Positions 57,601 to 64,000 of a stretch of 64,000 nt of DNA are shown here, one piece after another (the first letter of the stretch is position 1; each line of letters starts with the position of its first letter). The notes beneath the pieces were generated by a model. It did no database searches. It was not told the DNA's origin and worked only from the letters and a program-made list of their open reading frames with translations. The DNA lies in NCBI GenBank assembly GCA_002633005.1, contig NMRA01000104.1, positions 618,841-682,840 on the forward strand. Reading direction: 5' to 3'. A program made the position numbers and the translations under genes. The stretch is from Phoronis australis (lineage: Eukaryota > Animalia > Phoronida).

Positions 57601-60600
57601 GAGGTCCTGATACAATACCATTGTCATTAAACTGAAGACAAAGTCCACCAGTTCCAACTTTAAGCAGCGAGGTAGAAATTAGAATGCTCTTATCAACTAC
57701 ATAGTGTGAAACAAAATCGGCAATTGTCCGCATGTTTATATCTTGTACACATTTGGAGGTGTTCTCAGGTAATGAGCCACACAAGTTGATGTCAGACACG
57801 GAGCATTTGGAGAACATAATGGCCCTAGATGTGTTGCATAATGCCAACAATCCTGTTGATTTTTCAATGATTGACCTTTTGCATTTCATGGTAACAACTA
57901 GTGAACCAGATTGAACAGAAATCTTGAGCAAGCATCCGATGCTTACTACTTCGACATCAAAGATTGATTTTCCACTCTGAGTAAGCCAGACTCCTGGAGT
58001 CACCTTTGTGCGCGATATTGAATCCAAGGGAACAGACACGTTATTTACCAACAGAGAAGGTTGGTTCTTTGTCAAAAGGTCGGCATTTATAACCACGTAC
58101 ACTTGGTGGATAGCAATAGCTATTGAAGAGAAACACGGAGCCACTGAGTTCTGTCCATGACACATGCCGTGTAAAGCTTCAATACGCACTGCACTACTGG
58201 CAAGCAGCTGGTACGCGTTATCCTCACTGACATAAAACACAGTTCCATCAAACGTTGTAATCCTTCCGAACAGACCAATCTGGGCAACAAGGCTATTAGA
58301 TGTATGTTTTAAGCGGTCAGATACAAACAGTGAACAGTCACTACCAACCCAGCCTGTCGTACAACGACTGCAGTCAGAGGTTCCATTCCAGTTCAGTTCA
58401 CACAAACACAGACCATTGTCTGCACACCTTCCATGCTTGTTACAAGGATTAGATGCTCCTCCAGGGCAAGTAGAAGAGCAGTCAACACCCCAGAAGCCTG
58501 GCAGGCAATCACATGTGTTGTTGACTGAGAGTAGTCCAAATTGGCATCGCTGGCACACTGGTACAAGCCATGATGGTACATATGGCACGTTAGCACACAG
58601 AAACACCTTCAGGTCAACTGAGCTGAAAACGGAACAGATTTCTGCGAACGAAAACATGGTCTTTGTAGCTTCTTCAGGGTCATTTGTCAAGAACAGGGCT
58701 TTGACACACATGAGCTTGAAATAATCTTTAATGAAACGTTCCAGTCCTGTGCAGTGACTGGCAACAGGAGCACTATTGAAGAACCTGTTACAAGTACTTG
58801 TAGCATTTTGCAAGAGAGGGGCATCATGAAGTTGTACATTTAATGGTAGTTGGTCAACATCTTGACTGTTAATTACATGTAATGAAGCGTCGGAGTGCAT
58901 CCAAGATGGAGACCTCCACGGACTGCGAGGAAGATAGAGATGAGCACCATGGACCAGCTCGTGTACATTGTGACCAGTTCCACTGTTGAACTTGTACAGG
59001 TACACGAGATCATTTCTCAAGGCATCAGGCATTGCATCCAGGTAGTACATTTGGTATGCCATACTTGGAGGAACATTCCTCTTCCATATGATGAACTCCT
59101 CAATTGCTCCAATAAAATAGGAGCTAACATTCCGCCTGGTGTTACTGGAAGGTTGCCACTGGCCAAGGGACAGGTAACCACCAGATTCAAACAGCCCAGA
59201 TATTTTGAAATTAGTTTTGTATCGAGAAATCGTCTTGTCTGAGTCAATGTGGTAGAAATCTATGTGGTTCATTTGGTTTTCTCCTCTTTCTATGACGACC
59301 AACAGCTGATTCCAATCTTGTGCTATCAGTACAATGCCCGTGTCAATGGACGTTTGTTCAAATGTCAAGTGAACTGTCCCCTGTAGTTCAACAGCAAATG
59401 TGTTCTGACCAGAGTAAGACATCAACACACCTTGGTTGTTTTTAGGCTTCACTAAAAAGCTTAAAACAATGAATGACTCTGTTATACTCTCATCTATCAG
59501 GTGAGTTAAAGGTTTGGTCATAGCTCCTGTGTTATTGAAGGACAAAGCATACTTGGATGCGCTGAATGAACCCCATGTGTCAAACAAACTCTTGTTTACA
59601 GCAGGCAAGTGTTTCTGCTTCATAACTGCTACAACTTCGAAGTGCAACAACTTTGTGAAATTTAGGCTCTCTTTATGATTTGGATCACAAGTGCCGAATA
59701 GTCCTGTTGCTGAACTGCATATAAAGAATGGTGAATGAATATGGATATTCAAAAATGGCATTGTTTGAACGACAAGTCGAAGGCTGTATGCCGAAAACAT
59801 GATAGATACCTGGAATCGGAACTTGGAGCTAAAGGATATCAGGATCTCTTCAGAAACACGAAGACTGGAACCTTCTGGTGTTATCGTGGAACCATTAACA
59901 ATGAACACAGGCCAGTCATCAACACTGGTAGGTGCATGTACTATTAAGTTACTCCCATTTACCTGGAAGCCAATACCAGCTAAACAGGTGCCGAGGTCAC
60001 ATGGTACGACCTGTATATGAATACTCACACTGTAGTCTTCGGCACGGAATACAACAAACTCCCCAGGGGTATTAAGAAGGAGAGTAGTTCCGGAGAACTG
60101 AGTTAACACCCCAGTTGATGACATAAAAGCTACTTTGCTGTTTCCAGATGTAGCATTTTGAAGATTTAGCACAGAGCACTGTTTGCCTTCCCAATATGCA
60201 CCACATACGTCGCAAGTCCTAGCTCCAGCCCAGTTTGGGTCACACTCACATCTACCGTTGACAGTACACACTCCATGGTTGCTGCACGGGGAGAGGGCAC
60301 CACCAGGACACACTTCAGAACAATGGCTACCGTGGTAGCCACTAATACAAATGCATTCAGCCTTTTCATTCACAGTTCCGAATACACATTTTGTCTTGCA
60401 CGTTGTTCCTTGCCTTTGTACCGGCATGCACAGTTGGTATGCTGGCCATGCACTCAGTTCAGACGTTACGCCGCATTCATCGGCATACGTGTAGAAGGTA
60501 TTGAATGCCTTCTGGTATGTCTCAGTCACAGCCACCAACTGCAAACATATCATGTAGTACATCTGGTTCACTGATGCTGGAACGAGAGGGCAAAAATGTG

Positions 60601-63600
60601 TCAACTGGTTTAATAAGTGAGTACAGTTTGCAATGGCCATTCTCTCCAACTCACTGTTCTGGCCAAACTCACTTTTCAATGGCTGGTTACTTTGTAACGC
60701 ATTTTGCCAGTCAGGCGAGTCAGAGGGAATCCATTCAGGGTGACTCCAAGGTTTTCCAGGTAGCCCAAAGGTAATTTGAGAGATCATGTCTTTGGACTCA
60801 AGCCCATTACCTTCATCAAATGTCCAAAGTGCTTTCAGATTGATAGAGGTGACGGGTATATCTCGGCTCCACATCTCCAGAACAGCTGCAGGAGGGATGA
60901 TTTCTCCCCAAATTCGGAACTGGTCAATCTTTCCAGTGAAGGATTTTACAGCTGTCTGGTTAGTCCTGTTATAAGCTGGTTGCCATTCACCAAGAGACAG
61001 AGTTCCTGGTTTGCTGAACACACCGACAGGTAAAGTGAATTGTCTTCTTTCAATGATTCCATTATGATTGATAACGTACATGTTCGTTTGTCCTGTTTTT
61101 CCATCATACACAAAAACCACCTGGTTCCATTCATTTTCCTCAAGGATGAGACTTGTGTTGTACACCTGCTCGTTGACAATAATGTGCACAGTCTTGTCAC
61201 TGCTTATCCCAAAAATGTTATTCGAGGCAAAAGAAACCATAGTTCCACCATTGTTATTGGGGTCATGACATTTCGCAAGGAACTCGATGGTGACATCAAC
61301 TGAGCTGAACACTGTTTTACTGTCGAATACTGAAAACACAGAACTCTGATTGAAGGCCAGAGTATAGCCTCCCATAGATTGCTTCCTATATTCATTAGTT
61401 GGGTATCCAATGAATGAGTCACACTCTGATACCCGCCACAGATTCGAATAACTCCGGATAACTTCTTGCGATAGTTCTGTGACAGTTCCTTGATGTGATA
61501 GGTTGGATTGGATTGGAGAGGTCATATTCACATTAAAGTGTGCTAAGGACACTGTCATGCTTGTGTCATATTCAGCATACGTCTGTTGACACACATTTAA
61601 TGGGTCTGAGCTCGTGTTTACTTGATAGAAATGTGATAACTTTTCCGCCTCTATTCTTGTTTCTGTTCCGCCAAGCAGGCCAATGCATGCTCTCCTGAAC
61701 TGTGAGTTTCCAGTCGTAACTTGGACACTTATGTATGGTTCATTGCCTCTTATTATTATTGATACATTGCTCACACAGTTTACTCCAAACTCATTGTCAG
61801 ACAGTCGTTGGACAGTACACCCAGGAATGTTGGTACTAATGTCTCCACTAGGCAGTAGCTCCCTTGTAAGCATCTGAATTTTGTCAGCGCTTGGAGCAAT
61901 CCATGTGATCCTTCCATAGCCATAAACTCCATTTCCGGTTCTCAAAGCAATAAAATTCATACAGGAAAATGTATGGAAACACCGTATGAATTTTCCCTCA
62001 ATGATGAATTGGTTTGACTTCAAGCGAAGAAGGAAGAACTCTCCCGTTTGCTGATGGATAAAATGTGTGCCGTCGAAGTTCAGTATGTGTCCGAGACCAC
62101 TGACAAATGCTAGTCTTTGATGTCTACCAACATGAGACATGGCAATAGAGCAGTCTTTACCATGCCAGCCAGGGGAACATACACTGCAGTCCCTAGAGCC
62201 CATTCTGTTCAAAGGGCAACTACACTGGCCTGTCTCCATATTGCAAGTGCCAAATCCAGAACAGGGCTTCAGTGATCCACCGGGACACTCTTGTGCACAT
62301 GATGTGTTCCAGAAGCCAGGTAGACAGGTGCATATGTTTGCATCTTCGGTGTCCCTTACTCCAAACTTGCACGGAATGCTGCAGCGGTCACCAATCCAGT
62401 AAGGGAAGAACGATCCAGTGAACTTGTTACAGAGGGAGCGTGCCGGCCATTCAGCGAGATTCAGCACCATTTCACAGTAGTCGGCGAATGATACAACAGC
62501 AGACAATGCTCCATTTAGATGGTTCTCATTTACAACATCCGAAACACACTGGTCATGGTAGAGTCTCTTCACCTGCTCGCTTATGGCGCAAGTGCTGAAA
62601 ATGAATTCAATAAATTTTAAGTAATTGTAATCAAAGAACTTCAATTTGGTCTCAACTTGTTCTTTATTGGGTTAAAATATGAGTTTTGAAAATCAAGATA
62701 TTGATCTATGTACTAGGTTAGTGTTAATGGGGAACAACTCTGACAAATGATAAGAATCTGGGATACAGTTGCTTTGAAAGCACAGATATACCACAGCGGA
62801 TGGCATACTTTTGCACTGTTTATTTCAGAAATTATCTCTTTGTCATTAGATCTCACCTGTTCAATTCCCCAGTGTACATGAGTTCAAAACAGAATTGTTT
62901 GGCACTGTGCGTTGTGACACTGCGTCTTCGTCTGCTAATTATGCCTCCTGGCATGAAGTCTTGCCCAGTGTAGTGGGGAATAGGTGCGTTGGACAGTTTC
63001 CATTCCGGTGAGGTAAATGGAGCTCTTGGGAGGACGAGCTCTAGTTTTGAAACACTGTCATAGGCAACAAAACCTGTAATTAAGAGCAATAATTTCAAAG
63101 AAACTCAACATTTTAATTCACTGTAAAAACATCAATGTTGAACCTTTGGAAGTTACAAACAGTCTTTTGTCAGAGCTTAGAAAATCAACCGAGTCACTCA
63201 ATCTTATCCATTACAGGATTCAACAGGTCTAATTTCTATAAGGCCATGCCATGTTTTCTAGAGAAAGGAACAACAGTGTTTTGATCTGGTCACAATGCCT
63301 ATCATAGCCAACAGCCTTGTCAATACTCACTGACAATGTCACCCAGCATCAAGCCTAGAGTCTGTAAGGTTTCCCATTGATCGATTCTGAACAATTTTCC
63401 AATTCCCACCTCAATGATTATCAACAAGTTGAAAAACACCAGGAATACATGATTATGCCAAGGTTTCGAGTCTTTGGAGAATGAAGCAATCTTTTAATCA
63501 CATAAGATCTCAAAGATCGTGATGTTCAATAGAGATTTCATTACCTGTCCCCTCGTCCATTTTCCATATAGCAGTGAGGTTAGGTGTTCTGGGACCGTAG

Positions 63601-63642
63601 TTGACATTCCAAGACTGCTTGATTTCAAGATTGGTGAAGTGT
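51665..63642 (-). CDS. 3' part of a giant type I membrane protein with repeated EGF-like/VWD-like/LamG-pentraxin/Cys-rich modules; 5' end lies beyond the window
   Basis: Exons 63545-63642, 62857-63073, 56566-62594 (6029 nt), 54239-56181, 52812-53052 and 51665-51873 are phase-consistent and encode about 2900 aa in the window. There are four CPGG..C..G.C...G.C.C EGF blocks, each followed by G.I..FDG (VWD-like), then F.G.I...R.W...W...EG.G (LamG/pentraxin-like) and a Cys-rich block. The TM segment is IWTVTTIVILVVCLILVVIIIIVIILCCLC, followed by a Pro-rich and acidic cytoplasmic tail. Confidence 0.9.
53687..54098. mobile_element. Foldback (long palindromic) MITE of about 410 bp
   Basis: The left arm CAGGGGTACCATACAATCATAC..CATCTTACGCAGGAAC..AAATCATGCATATGAAC mirrors the right arm ending GTACCCCT. 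The centre is GCACGAAC..GTTCGTGC near 53881-53912. TAAGTA flanks both sides (53681-86 and 54099-104). Confidence 0.8.
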
Positions 63643-64000
63643 CTGAAACGTAACATGGATATTTATTATTAACTAAAAGTGCATTTTAAATGTCATTGAA
63701 TCATTCTCCTTTGCCACACAAGGCATTGAAATGAATCCCTTGCCTTCACCATGCACATGAAATACTCAAATACATCTTAACGAGAAGGAAATTAAGGTAT
63801 CAATCACAATGATTGGCCCGTTACTTGAGTGTACAAAAAATAAGTGGGAGGGTGTTTGAGGCTTGATGCTAAAACACATTTTAACAAAACAACCAACTTC
63901 CAGGACAATCGGGTACTTTAAATTTGTAATGAGAGATGCAAGGAACAAATTCTAGTCTGTAACAATATAAAATTTACGTACACTTCTGAGGGGAGGGATG

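Noticed and set aside
55395-62402. Many short plus-strand and off-frame ORFs within the giant exons
   Set aside because: Shadows of the long minus-strand reading frame.

Overview
AT-rich, intron-dense eukaryotic DNA from an animal, probably a marine invertebrate (taxon is inferred, not shown by the sequence). Four multi-exon genes were reconstructed by hand from GT-AG junctions with consistent phases. (1) PMS2 on the minus strand starts at 15844 and runs off the left edge; one exon is probably hidden in an N-gap. (2) A complete TEX14-like ankyrin + pseudokinase gene on the minus strand (27 coding exons, about 1415 aa). (3) DCTN5 (dynactin p25) on the plus strand (6 exons, 182 aa), head-to-head with the TEX14-like gene. 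(4) The 3' part of a giant single-pass membrane protein on the minus strand, built from repeated EGF/VWD-like/LamG-pentraxin/Cys-rich modules, including a 6-kb exon. Non-coding DNA holds a decayed Gypsy integrase, a probable haplotype duplication, an internally deleted Sola-like DNA transposon nested in a MITE, a Penelope-like GIY-YIG fragment with a hammerhead ribozyme, MITEs with 6-bp TSDs, and minisatellites that copy splice sites. All coordinates were read by eye, and no database search was run.
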